The translations under genes and the position numbers were made by a program. The notes beneath the pieces were generated by a model that had not been told where the DNA came from, searched no databases, and saw nothing but the letters and a program-made list of their open reading frames with translations. A stretch of 62,174 bases of DNA, the filler included, from Choristocarpus tenellus KU-1152 (taxonomy: Eukaryota; Protista; Phaeophyceae): the NCBI GenBank assembly GCA_964200185.2. It is 10 parts of 10 records of this genome, joined end to end, with 100 filler letters (N's around TTAATTAATTAA, not from the genome) between each part and the next. Parts side by side here need not be neighbours in the genome. Positions count along the whole stretch, not along the records: positions 49,491 to 54,234 come from CAXNAD020013240.1; positions 54,335 to 59,463 come from CAXNAD020011784.1; positions 59,564 to 62,174 come from CAXNAD020026291.1; 7 more parts are not named here. One strand, written 5' to 3'. Shown here in pieces: positions 50,500 through 62,174 of this stretch (position 1 is the first letter of the stretch; every line of letters starts with the position of its first letter).

Positions 50500-53400
50500 G
50501 TGTTTGCTCTCCATAGAACTTACTCTTCAGAACCAAAGTGCTCGTAATCATGATCCAAGCCCAGTCTGTGATAGGCGAGGTGAACCCACTTGGCCACCAC
50601 CAGCGACAGTATAACTACGATAAGAAGGCAGTAGTTGATCTTCCTGGATGCTGGCTTGGCACCCGTAACTTCCCTAGCATTATGACACGTTGTTGTATCA
50701 GTTTGCGACAGCACAGAAGTTCAAAACATAGGAGGAACAATGGAGAGTGCATTTTGGATTAACGGACTTCAGTAGGTCTCGATAACTACATTGGCACTTG
50801 GTCTTAGTGGTCATCCTCTTCCTTCACATTATCAACGCGTTCCGAGTCAGGTCATGCCTATTGAACATAGCACATGATATCGATAACTGGGTAACTTGAA
50901 AGCCACTTAGTTAGGAGTAGGATCGCTCAGGGCGATGAAAGAGAATATGTTTGTGAAAAACAATAGAGCCAGCCCAGCATCGATTGGAAAGGAAGAAAGG
51001 TTGATCTTTGGCAGCATCCAGTCTATGGATTGCGCACTACAGTGCCAGCGAAAGGTTTCCCCTCTTGCCTCCACCACAAAATTACCTTACCGGGGCGGCC
51101 AAGATAGCCATAGGTGCCTTCTTGATCTCTGAGAAGGGCGTGAGACCCCACTCCAGAAGATGCACTCAAAACCAATCAGATACGAGGGCTTCACCTTCCT
51201 GGAAAGGCGCATAAGGTACTGAGAATGGTGTTCTTGTGCTGCAATTGTTCAAAATTCAAATAGCGCAAGTAGCCCGCAAATGACAAGGGTTGTGAACCCT
51301 CTGACGTAGCAGAGTAGGTATATGTAGAGTATTGCTAGATTAGCCCTATATTTCAAGTTCATGACAACAATATTCAAAGGTGCAGACTATGCCACCTCAG
51401 GAACCTCTGAGGTTTCCACCAATGCCTTCAACTTAGCGTGGACCAAAGAACAAACAAGGGGTAGTTGACAGGGTGCACAACAAAGTTCAGTACCCATTGC
51501 AGTAGTATTGGACCGAGGAATTGCAGACCAGCAAACACAAAATCCCCCAGAGTGCAAACATATCCAAACATCACTGTTATGCACTGATAACCGACAAACC
51601 TTGAACAGCACAAATATCTTCTCTCCTTACTTGGTCGACCTTGCTACTTGATCTGTCTTCAACAATTTCCTGTTGCTCGGGTTGTATAGGGATGCTGGTT
51701 GTACCTGATTGGACCATAAGTACCCCTTAAAGAAAAAATGATAGAACTGAGAGGATAAGAGGTTGAGAGGTGCTTCAAACGGGAGCCTACAAGAGTGTTC
51801 GAAAGGTTGAAAGGAGTTCTTGGTTATCCATCTTGCAAGCACGCATGTGTTGATTAACTCTATTCGATTAGGAATGACTTTGTTCGCAAAGGTCTGAATC
51901 TAGTGTTTGGGCACTTTGAGAGGAAAGAGCGCTAAGCTAGGGTGTTGGACGGGTCCTATCATGGTCACGACTGGGTTCCAAAATCGACTGCTCGCCGTAC
52001 CCTTGGTCAATGCACACCGTTCACTTGTTCGAACCATCCCTTCCAGCTGGATAGTGGAGGCGGGTTCGAAACCTCGAGGTGGTCAAGTTGGGTTCGATCG
52101 GGTTGGTATGGGGTATCTGTCCTGCAGGTGTTCCTCGTTTTCGTCCAGAGTTTCCCGCAATGAGACGACAGGAAAGGTCTTGAACTCGAGAGTGGTATCG
52201 GGAGAGAAGTCGGGGGCACTTGAAGGGCCTGGTCGTAATAAGTCGCATCGGTGGTCAAAGGTGAGGAAGAGGACATGCAGCCCATGTGTGTGGCATCTAA
52301 TCGGGGCACGTGTCCCTTTCGATCCGTTAGTCGATCCTCTGGGTGTTCTGGTGAACCCTGTCCCTGCCACTAGCTGGAAAGCTTCTTCAATTCCCCGCAT
52401 TGAGAAGAATCCAAGTTCCTCGCTGTGTGTGAGCAGGGTCGTTGTTATGTACCCAAGTTGTCTTTTTTGTCGTGACCTCCGTTAGTGTTCACGTCGATCT
52501 GATCAATACTCGTCCTTGGTGATTTGATCTTCCTGCTAGGTACCTCTCTCTTAAGCTCTCTCTGGCGACCTTACCAATTGATTTGAGCTTACAAACATTG
52601 CCCTCTTTCAACATCACGCACTTGCAAACCACCCTCTCTTTGCACACGACTAACCCACCAACCAATCCACGCTTCCGTAGCAACCGATCGCAACCCCTTT
52701 CGCCCTACGGTCGTAGGAATAGCGATGTCGAGGAGTGCGTCCCGTCGCGTGATTACTGGTCAGATTCAGTGTGTGGACCTTTAGAGGGAACTGATTTAGG
52801 GTATACAGAGAACTTGTCGCTCTCCAGGCTCTGTAGCAGTAACCCATTAACCTCCTTATTCTACTGGGTCTAGCCTCGAGCAGTATTGAAGTAGAAACTC
52901 TGTGGTGACCTCCACCAATTTTGCAGCACAAATGACCCCCACATCTCTTTTCAATCCCTGAAATGAATTGTTGAAGTCCAGGTCAAGCAGGTTGATCTCC
53001 TCAGGTTTTGCTGACTGGGTCTCAATCACTGCATCACCTCCCCCTCCCCTCACTTCCTCAACAATCAATAGCCTCCATGATACCTTCCTTGTAGTGCAGT
53101 TTGGCTCCATCGTACTGTACATAGATTGTTCTCCATCCCACCCCTGGCATCCAGTCTTGATAGCCAGAAGTACCTGGTTAACCAAGATGCCCCTACTATA
53201 GACCTCTCCCCCGTGATGGTGACAGGTTTCATCGTTATTGTGTATGCTGCAATGTTCTTGTTAGAGTGATTTTCCCCTGCAGTCTCAATAATGGGCTCAT
53301 TCTTGACACAATTTGTAGAAATGAGGGTCCCCTAAAACGCCTGATAATTTGTAGCAAAATGACCACGGTGCCACTTGCACTCTCATGTTGTGTGATTAAT

Positions 53401-53700
53401 TAAGTCCATTAGGCGACCCAAGGCAACTTGAGCGTTGTACTTCTTGAGCTCACTCACCACATAGCCCGGTCATTGTATTGTTAACTCATTTGCGATGCGT
53501 ATGGCCTTCTGATGTCCATATCAGAGGTCCCCATCAGAGTGAAACCAATGGAAGAAGGGGGTCAAGTACTGTTCGGTCAAGCTTTTCCGAGTTTCGATAC
53601 CTTTCTCGGAACAGTTCTTGGAACAGTTCTTGGAACATTATGCAACATGCGCCGCACCCAAGATGTTGTTAACACTTAACAACCCTTGGGAGGGTGTGAC
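50500..53700 (-). mobile_element. Heavily decayed Ty3/Gypsy gag-pol
   Basis: Gag-like segment (~53450-53650), protease-end-like GMGW (~53130) and RT motif QDRYPIP (~52110). Numerous frameshifts. Confidence 0.55.
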
Positions 53701-54234
53701 CGCAGAGAAGGATTAGGTGCAAACTCATCAGTAGCAAGAGTTAGTGCCCTGCACTAAATGCTCCAAACTCAATCATGGGGACCTAAAAACTCAACAACGC
53801 TCACCTCTCCAATCATGTGGCATCACTCATCACCAACCCCCTCTCCAATCATGATGGCGATTGATCACTGGATTCTTGCTCAGGGTGTCGTCCTCAGGCG
53901 AACCCCCTGAAGGCCTCTGTGACCGATGCTTCAGGTAGAATGCCTTGATCTCTGACCACCACCACCACCCCCCTCCCCACCTCTTAACCATTGTGTAACA
54001 GTTAGGGTTAAGGGAAAATCCACTGTTACAACACTGTAGATGGTGTTGGTTGGCTCGGCCTTTCTTGTTGTCAACGTGGAGGCGTACTGTTCATATTTTT
54101 TTTATACCTTCCATGGTAAGAATCACTATCACCCTATTGTCCTGGTCTCATGAAATGGGTCCCGCATACATTTGTCGCACAATGGCGGGAACAAACCCCA
54201 ACCCCTCCACCCCCCCCACCCCCCCCCAACCAAC

Positions 54235-54334
54235 NNNNNNNNNNNNNNNNNNNNNNNNNNNNNNNNNNNNNNNNNNNNTTAATTAATTAANNNNNNNNNN
54301 NNNNNNNNNNNNNNNNNNNNNNNNNNNNNNNNNN
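54235..54334. other. Artificial contig linker
   Basis: Same linker. Confidence 0.97.
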
Positions 54335-54421
54335 AATCAAATTACCCAAAAATCGTGACATAAAAAAATTGATCCCAAATAGACAGTCGCCCCCCCCCCC
54401 CCCCCCCAGATACTTTGAGTC
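54335..54421. mobile_element. MITE family A, partial (contig start)
   Basis: ..cccccagatactttgagtc. Confidence 0.85.
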
Positions 54422-54759
54422 TTGTTGTTATGTCTAAGGTCTTCATATACACATTAGCATGTATATGGCGTTCTGTGCAGGAAGGGCACAATATGCATTT
54501 CGGAGAGCTGGGGGTCTGTAGTATGTGATCCACACAACTGCACTCACTGATAGAGGAAACGCTTTGTGAGATGCTTCCACTATGAAAGAGGAGTTGTATC
54601 ACCAAGAGCACTGTTGGTTGTGTTATACAAGATTTGTATGAGAATATAATAAATTATACTATATTTATTCTTACTCAGGGGATTCCAGGTGTACCACACA
54701 GATGATTGCGGATATGTCGAGGAAAGGAGTGATCCCAAACATAATCTTTTACAAAGAAA

Positions 54760-55420
54760 ATATCTTATTCCGAAGATTCTATGCAATTGACTCACTGGGG
54801 TTTGTGTGTGTTGTGTGTGGTTGATTCCATAATTTGTTGCACTTCCCAAACGACTCTCCTTGATCATCACCAAATCTTCTTTCTGACTGCCAAATGCTGG
54901 AAGTCATCTCCACCCATACAATATATGATGGAATGCCCTCTATCATGATGGACGGCGGAAAAGTCCTCAACAGTCAGACTGAATAGAGCAGTGTTTTCTC
55001 TGGCGATCCCATTTGTAGTGTTGATTTTGGTGTTCCCTTTTCTAAGGTCGATTTTGAAGTATACTACAAAGCACAGGCGTTTTAAGGTTCCCTCTGTCGT
55101 CCTCGTGATATCCCGATAAAATGGCTAGCATTCAAATGATCTCATCGGACGGAAAGATGCCAAAAGTCTCTCCGATGTCCCTGTTGGTGGCATTATCGAA
55201 TCATGATGACCGAGTCAATGTCACGAGGAACACCTTGGTGATGGTGTGGTCCATGAGCTGTGACTTGTGGACAGGAGTCTCCTCGCCACCAAAGAGGTAG
55301 TACATCTGACCGTCTTCACAAATGAGGAACTGCTTCTTATCCACCACATGGTGGACGAATGGTGGAAGCTCTTTGAGCCTCCAGGCTCTTCATCAATCCA
55401 CTCTCCTGCCCACTTTTTCT
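54760..55420 (-). mobile_element. Decayed IS630/Tc1/mariner transposase (plant-mariner-like), copy 1
   Basis: HHVVDKKQF..MYYLFGGEETP..ITKVFLV..FGIFP. Confidence 0.65.
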
Positions 55421-55480
55421 TCTCTTTTGTATGCCCTTCAAGTTCGATTGCACCCTAATAATAAGTTGGTTGAGCGCTAT

Positions 55481-55749
55481 GAGTGAAAGTATCTTAGAGG
55501 GTACGAGTTTTGTCCTGTTGGTCCGTCTGGGACTTGGCTTCCCACGGTTTTTTATGACATTTCCTACTCCAAAATTACCTACTCCAAAACGTTTCGGAGT
55601 AGGTAACATGTATACATTATGACAGGTGTATCCGAAACAAGGATCTTGACACTTCTTAACAAACACGATAGCTAAGATTACATCAAACTCGCAACATTTG
55701 ATTTTGGCCCCAAACGGATGCGTCTCTACTCTTTAAGATACTTTGACTC
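55481..55749. mobile_element. MITE family B
   Basis: Full TIRs GAGTGAAAGTATCTTAGAG..TAAGATACTTTGACTC. Confidence 0.9.
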
Positions 55750-56089
55750 TTTTGGGTGTATGATCACATTATTAGTAGGAAGTTTACTGCTACATGTATA
55801 GGTTGTAGTGTAAACAATGCTTTTTGTGTACCCTACCATTCTAGTTCAGGTACTCATCATAATACTTCCTCTGTTCGGAATTATATGTAACAAAATTTCC
55901 AGCCCTCATGAAGAACTGAGAATTTTATTCACGTGTTCATACTTTATGGATGTGTTCTGCGGACACTAAAAGGTTGTCCACCAAAATCTCAAGCAAAATG
56001 GGGCAGCCTACACCTATCTATGATTCCACCCCCTAAGCCCTCCAAAACTCCATTCCAGCACAGTGCTTTACTGCATCCACCAAGGCATT

Positions 56090-56900
56090 CAGGAGGAGCT
56101 TGCCTGCCTTCTCAGCCTTCCCTTGCTAAGATGGGAAATTTTGAAGACGCCATTACCCTTAGACCCCAGCACTTCACCACAGGCTGCAAAGAGGCTCTGT
56201 CAGACACGCACTCTAGCGCCTCCCAAGGGTACACATCAATCCCCTCCATTGTGGCCTCCACCACGTCTGTATTGGTTGATCCATTTCTTCCTTCAGTTGG
56301 ATGGAATCAAAGAATCCCAGGTCGTTGATGTTGGGCTCAGGTGAGTTGGCTGGTTGGGTCACTGTGACAATGTCGTCTCCTGCTCTCTCCTCAATTTCCT
56401 CCGTGATCTCCCCCTGTGTGTGGCTGTGCCCCGTCCTGCTCCACGAAGATGATATGTCCTTCCAGCATAGGCATGTGGGCCTTGATTGCCGGGATGATAT
56501 CCCTAACTATGAGCTTCTTATACCTCTCCTCGTCCACTGTGGCTGGCGCAAGCACCTTTGTACCCTTGGGGCGATGTTTGCTAGAGCACTGGGCAATCTT
56601 AGTGTACACAGTTGGCCAGATCCTGACTTTCCCATCGAACTATACCCTGGAGAGCTTCCTAGGGCAGACCGCAGCTGCAAGGAACATGACCGTTGTAATG
56701 TAACGCTTATTCTATACCCGTGGGGGTTTAGGGGGGTCCTTAGTGGGATGCAGGTAAAAACCTTGCCCACCTTTGAGGATGCAAATACAACCACTTCTCG
56801 TCCATATGCACCCTGTCATATAGATCGTCCACAGATACACTACTTCCCTCCCCTCCTGTGCAATGTGGCTGGTGACGAAACCCACCCTGTTGACTTTCTG
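56090..56900 (-). mobile_element. Decayed IS630/Tc1/mariner transposase (plant-mariner-like DDD), copy 2
   Basis: DRVHMDEKW, NKRYITTVMFLAA, FDGKVRIWP, SSKHRPKGT, IFVEQDGAQPH and TQPANSPEPNINDLGFFDSIQ. Confidence 0.9.
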
Positions 56901-59443
56901 CTGGTCTGAGAGGGCTGGTTAATCCACCACTCGACCTTCTTCGCCTTCTTCACCTTCTTGCGTTTGCACAGATCCCACAACAAGTCAAGGGCAACCTCAG
57001 CTTTGGTCACCCATTTGCTGATGGATGTGTGGTGTTCTGACGGGACACCCCAAAAGTCGACTTGTACAGCGGCCACATTGCCCCTTGTAATGTCATACAA
57101 GACCCATGCATTCACCCCATGCGATGTGGTTGGAATACTCCTTCAGATGATGGAACACGAGAATTCGGGAAATTCCAAAATCCTCCATGATAGTCGCAGC
57201 TGTCCCACAAGCATCCGAGTCTCAGGGTCTCTTGCTTCCAGGCATCGCACTACCAAGTTGTTCTTCATCTGAGTGTTTTGAGTCTGGAACCCGGACAGAC
57301 TTCTGGGTCGAAGAATTGGGACTGATAGGCGACGAGAGGATGAGCAAGCCACTCAAACGACGGGGAACTTTCATCCTAGGCACCCCAATAAACACCTACT
57401 TTGACAGTTTCGAAAGGTTTTTGAACCCTGTCAAACCCGACTTGGTCGACTTTGCACTGGTGATCCTCCACAGTCATGACAGACCTCCATCTCAAACTGT
57501 TCACGCCTCCCAGTTTGTGTGAGAACTGAGCCTCGTTCAGAGGGATTATCACGTGGGTCGTTCCCATGCGAGAACGGAGTTTGCAAAAGTTATGTTACAT
57601 TTAATTCCGAGCGGAGGAAGTAGCAGTTTTAGAAATGTTGAACACAAAATGTTAAAATACTATAGTGTTACAAAAGTGTAATGCTGTGTCCAAGGTTTGA
57701 AAATGTCAGAGGGCATAGTACTACGTCTGGGATATATATCTTTACTCAACATAGTTCCAGAAATTCCAGAATATTTAGTTGGTGGCCCACCAACCTACAA
57801 GTATTAATATACGCTTCTGGTTAAAACATTGGGTCCTGAAGTTCAAAATATACTAGAAATGGGCAGAATTTCATAAATACGAGTGGCTGTATTTCTGGTA
57901 AGATCAACAAAAATAGAAGCCCCTCAACTTCCAAGACGTTGCTTCAATCCTCTGGTAATTATGCTGGAGTTAGATCAAAGCAAATAGATAGGTGGGATGG
58001 CCCTTCTTTCTCGTGGAAGCAATGTGTATGGAGTGAGGGGGTAAGGCAGGCTATATTTCTGTGTTTGGCAATGAGAAAGATCAACTATGTATGAATGCAG
58101 ATTGGATGGAATTGCACCTCCGTGTTGGACTTTTGTAATGAATAGAATTGAGATTTGTTGTGGAATATTTGACCGATCAAGTGAGAGATGGAAGTAATCA
58201 TGGTCCATTCAACCATGTGGTGGGGTTGTGGTGTGCGCTATAGTATATTGTTATAAATGATCACTGATGTTTCACAGGATGTCATGGACAGAACAATAAG
58301 AAATATTTAAGAAAGGCGAAGGTACAATAAAATAAAACCCTAAGTAAATACGTTTCACCCCCCCAATGTACCAACATTTTGCTTTCTGATCCAGTTTTTG
58401 AGTTGCAAAAAACATGTTTTTGGGCTGTGAAAGAGACAGTGAAAAGTGAAAGCAAATTAGTACTCAAATCACAGATTGGGACTTTTTTTACTTCATAACC
58501 AAAAGTTCAGACGGAGAATGATTGGTGCTCCCTTGCCCCATATTTGAAAGGACAGAAATATACAGTCCATACTTGAAAGGAAGGAGGGTGTTGGAAAGGA
58601 AGGGGTGTATTTGAAAGGAAGGAGGGATTTTGAAAGGGAGAGGACATTTGAAAAGAGAAAGGCTATTTGAAAGAAGTACTTAGTTATTGAAAGGAGAGAT
58701 GTCTTTTGTATCCATACCATGTATTTGATGACTTGACTGCATCCTTCGAAAGCACAAGGAAGAAGGTTCCCATTAGTTCCCTTGGAACGATTCACACAAT
58801 ACGGGCAGCACCTGCTGGATTTGCCTATCATGGGATCATATTTCAGAAGGTTCCATAGTGTTGAGGCCTGCGTATCAGGGCTGATGTTCCTTGGGAATAG
58901 TCTGAACCCTAGGGATTTAGCCTAGTCAGCCTAGGAGGACATCAGACTCAAGCCATTCTCATCTCTTAGGGGCTTCTGCCAAGATGCTGGTGGACTCCCC
59001 ACTAGCCTTCTTCCAGGACCTCAGGTGCTCCTTGGCTACAACGCCTTCACAAGCTGCTGAGGAACGACCACTTTCGCCTCTACCTATTTTTAGGTCTGTG
59101 GTAGACTATTCAGGAGAGAGGGCAGCGAGAGGGTTGAGGATTGGAGCTGCGGTAGCACCAGCAGTAGGCCTGGTATAGTCGTGCTTGGACTGGGCTGAAC
59201 ATAGGGAAGCGAGAGGGTTGAGATTGGGGCGGAGCTCACGTAGCACTAGCAGCAGGCCTGGTATGGCGTGCTTGACGTGGTCTGGGAGCAAGCAAGCACA
59301 AGGTTGGGGGACGTGTGAAAAATACCTGGAGTCAATAATAACCAAAGAGAAATTCAAGGACACAAGCAAGTCAAAGGAAGAAACTTCGACAAAGAAATTT
59401 CTTTCCTACTTGTTTCCACTTTCAGCCATGAGGAGAATGGTCC

Positions 59444-59463
59444 GACCCAAAGTATCTGAGGGG
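59444..59463. mobile_element. MITE family A terminus (contig end)
   Basis: gacccaaagtatctgagggg. Confidence 0.6.
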
Positions 59464-59563
59464 NNNNNNNNNNNNNNNNNNNNNNNNNNNNNNNNNNNNN
59501 NNNNNNNTTAATTAATTAANNNNNNNNNNNNNNNNNNNNNNNNNNNNNNNNNNNNNNNNNNNN
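59464..59563. other. Artificial contig linker
   Basis: Same linker. Confidence 0.97.
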
Positions 59564-59903
59564 GAGCACCCCGAAAGCATTTTTTTTTTGTGGGCTTGAT
59601 CGAAGCCCACTGCCCCAAGGAGAAGAGCTGCAATTTTTTACTTTGGAAACAGAGCCAGTCAGTAAGTACCTGACATCACAGAGGCACCCTCTCTTGGCTA
59701 CCACCCCAAGAGGGTGAAGGCGCCCCCACAAGGCCTCCACGAATCGTGTGCCTTCACACACACCTTCCTCGATGCAGAGAGCTCCAAAAGGATGTCCGCG
59801 ATGGATTGAACCGAATCTATTACAAACCTCAGATTCACATCTTATCACACCCAGATTTAGACATTCGCTTGCGGAACATCCAATCAAAAATAGATATACA
59901 CTG

Positions 59904-59934
<31 letters not shown>

Positions 59935-60315
59935 CAACACATAAAAAAAAAAACTGGCCAAGCCCCGAACAGACAAAACAGGGCAAATCTGCAAAACGAT
60001 TTGAACCGTATCTACTGAAAACTCTCTAACACCTCTAACACCTCTAACACCGGTGTAAATAAAGTGTAAATAAATAAATAAGATGCTCGAAAAGTGTAAA
60101 TAAAGTCTTATCTTTATCTGTCTAGGACTTGGCCAATATTGGCCGGCGAATCATCTCCCCTCCACAGCGTTTGTTACAAAAAAAAAATGGCGGGAATTTC
60201 AGAACAAAAAAAAACAAACTCTTTTTTCAATCGATAGGCCCATCCATCATACATACCATCATACCACCACCATACCGCCCATACCCAAAACACAACGAGC
60301 AAGAGCATCTGACGT

Positions 60316-60480
60316 CACAAGTACCTCTTGTTGTCTGTAAATACGATAATCTCTATCACAAGTACCTCTTGTTGTCTGTAAATACGATAATCTCTATCAC
60401 AAGTACCTCTTGTTGTCTGTAAATACGATAATCTCTATCACAAGCACCTCTTGTTGTCTGTAAATACGATCACCTCTATC
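60316..60480. repeat. 41-bp tandem repeat x4
   Basis: cacaagtacctcttgttgtctgtaaatacgataatctctat at 60316, 60357, 60398 and 60439. Confidence 0.95.
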
Positions 60481-60971
60481 TGTCCTATAACCCTAACCGT
60501 AGAAAAATTCGTCCAGTTGAAGTGAACGCCGCTCAGGCTGCACTAAATGGTTTCCGGCATTTCAGGCGAGGGGGGGGGGGGGGGGGGGGCCCCACGTTTT
60601 TTTGGGGTCCCCCCAAAAAATATAAGGACCCCAGATTTATTGGAGTTCACCCGAACAATATCAATGGGTCTAAGTCTTAGTCAAAATCAGCGCAGTGCAG
60701 CGCAGCAAACGCCAATTGGTGAAAGAACCATTAATCAAGAACCGACGGAACCCATCAAGGAGCAACAGATTTCTGCTAACTACACTTGGGTAGCCCCCCC
60801 CCGCCACTCTCCATCATGACGGAAAATTATTTTCTTCTGCTTCACCAGGTATAAAACCTCCACTCTCATTTGAGAATTATTTTCCCACAGACAATACTTT
60901 TCGCACTCCCAATATAATAATAATAATAATGATAATAATTTATAATAATAATAGTAATAATTATCAATAGA

Positions 60972-61267
60972 GAGTGAAAGTACCTTAGGGGGTACGAGTT
61001 TTGCCCTGTTTGTTCGTTTGTGGCTTTTGACATACTACATTTTTTTTTTGAAGAGATTTTTCCAATTCCGAAATGTTTTGGAGTAAGTAAAAAAAAATGT
61101 ATACGTTTCGAAGTAGGTTATCATGCATGAAAGTTATGAAAGGTGTGTCCGGAACAAGGATATTGACACTTCCTAACAAACACGATAGCCAAAATTACAT
61201 CAAGATCGCAACATTGGATTTTGGTCCCCAAATGGAGGCGGCCCTGCCCTATAAGATACTCTGGCTC
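60972..61267. mobile_element. MITE family B
   Basis: Full, slightly diverged TIRs; flanks aga/aga. Confidence 0.88.
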
Positions 61268-61659
61268 AGACGCACACTTGTCTTGGACTACCCAACTTTA
61301 ACTTTACATTGCGACTAACAGTAAGATAATAAATAGTTAACTATCATTTACTACCCTGTGCAGCAGTATCAAATAAATGTGGAGTGTAGTTTTACCGCCA
61401 CCCCTTCCCCTCTCATCTCTGCAGCTACTTCAAGAGACCAGGTAAGAATACAAAACAATTTTTTTCTCTCTATTTTTTATATTCCTCTCAATTGTTCTAC
61501 CTACCTACCTACATAACATGTACATACATAAATATTAAAAAAAAGAGATGGGACAGTTTGCCATCGTGCAGTGTTTATTTAGTGCAAGACAACAACCCCA
61601 CCACCTACCTACCTTTTGAGGAGGAGGAGGAGGAGGAGGAGGAGGGTGTTTTATCTGGT

Positions 61660-61920
61660 AAACCTTGTAGTGTATACCAATTATATAGTATTGGTTTGTG
61701 ATTGAACAAATCTCCATATATAACCACAAAAAAGAACCATATTGTTGTTTCAAGTCTAAAAATATTTTAGCATAATTTCTAGAGCTAATTTTTGCTTTAT
61801 TTCTAATAATTCCTTTATCTTTGATTCTTGGGTAATCTCTTGACCAGAAACTGCATGACAAATGGATTGCATACATTTTCTTGAAATAGAAGTACTCAAT
61901 ACTCTTCAAAAGCATCAAAA
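61660..61920 (-). pseudogene. tag: DNA-3-methyladenine glycosylase I (Tag)-like fragment, frameshifted
   Basis: KDKGIIRNKAKISS..NYAKIFLDLKQQYGSF followed, after frameshifts, by GYIWRFV-NHKPILYNW. Matches the Tag consensus DxGIIRNxxKI..NA..F....E.GSF..YIW.FV..KP...W. Confidence 0.75.
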
Positions 61921-62036
61921 ACAAGTGGGAGGAGGAGGAGGAGGAGGAGGAGGTGCATGGGCTGCAAGAATAAAATAAACTATAAAAAATTAGAAAAAGG
62001 TCTTCCGGCAGCTGTGGGTGTCCATGGGTATGCCAG

Positions 62037-62073
<37 letters not shown>

Positions 62074-62174
62074 TGGACGATATATCTCTCACACCGTTGT
62101 CACAATGATCATGTTTAAAAAAAAAAAAAAGCGATGTGCCTCACAGAAACGAAAAGAAGAGGGGGGGGGGGCAA

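Noticed and set aside
1-62174. Fanzor/TnpB, Cas, or giant-virus hallmark genes
   Set aside because: No RuvC/zinc-ribbon, capsid, PolB or recombinase motifs were recognised by eye. A profile-HMM search would be needed to exclude decayed copies.

Overview
Eukaryotic draft-genome window, not prokaryotic. It comprises ten unrelated contigs joined by artificial 100-bp N...TTAATTAATTAA...N linkers. The DNA is intron-rich, repeat-rich and mostly CpG-depleted. Gene content (a possible Tic110-like plastid importer), TTAGGG-type repeats and the TE spectrum suggest a photosynthetic stramenopile, possibly a brown-algal lineage (inference). Host genes are all partial and spliced: a multi-exon PPIP5K/VIP1 (minus, 4896-10711), Nup107 C-terminal exons, DnaJ C-terminal exons, a possible Tic110-like fragment, and a degenerate AT-rich 3-methyladenine glycosylase I (tag)-like fragment. 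The rest is dominated by decayed Ty3/Gypsy, Ty1/Copia, CRE/R2-like non-LTR and plant-mariner-like elements. About 20 copies of two related MITE families share the terminal core AAAGTATCT and have 3-4 bp TSDs. The most interesting observations are: (i) both MITE TIRs carry a GT donor and a pyrimidine-preceded AG acceptor that would leave a 24-nt frame-preserving scar with a 4-bp TSD (introner-like, speculative); (ii) a CpG-island-like 5' end on VIP1; (iii) the bacterial-looking tag fragment; (iv) a ~0.9-kb inverted repeat pair and an unclassified triplicated coding-like element. All calls were made by eye, without database searches.
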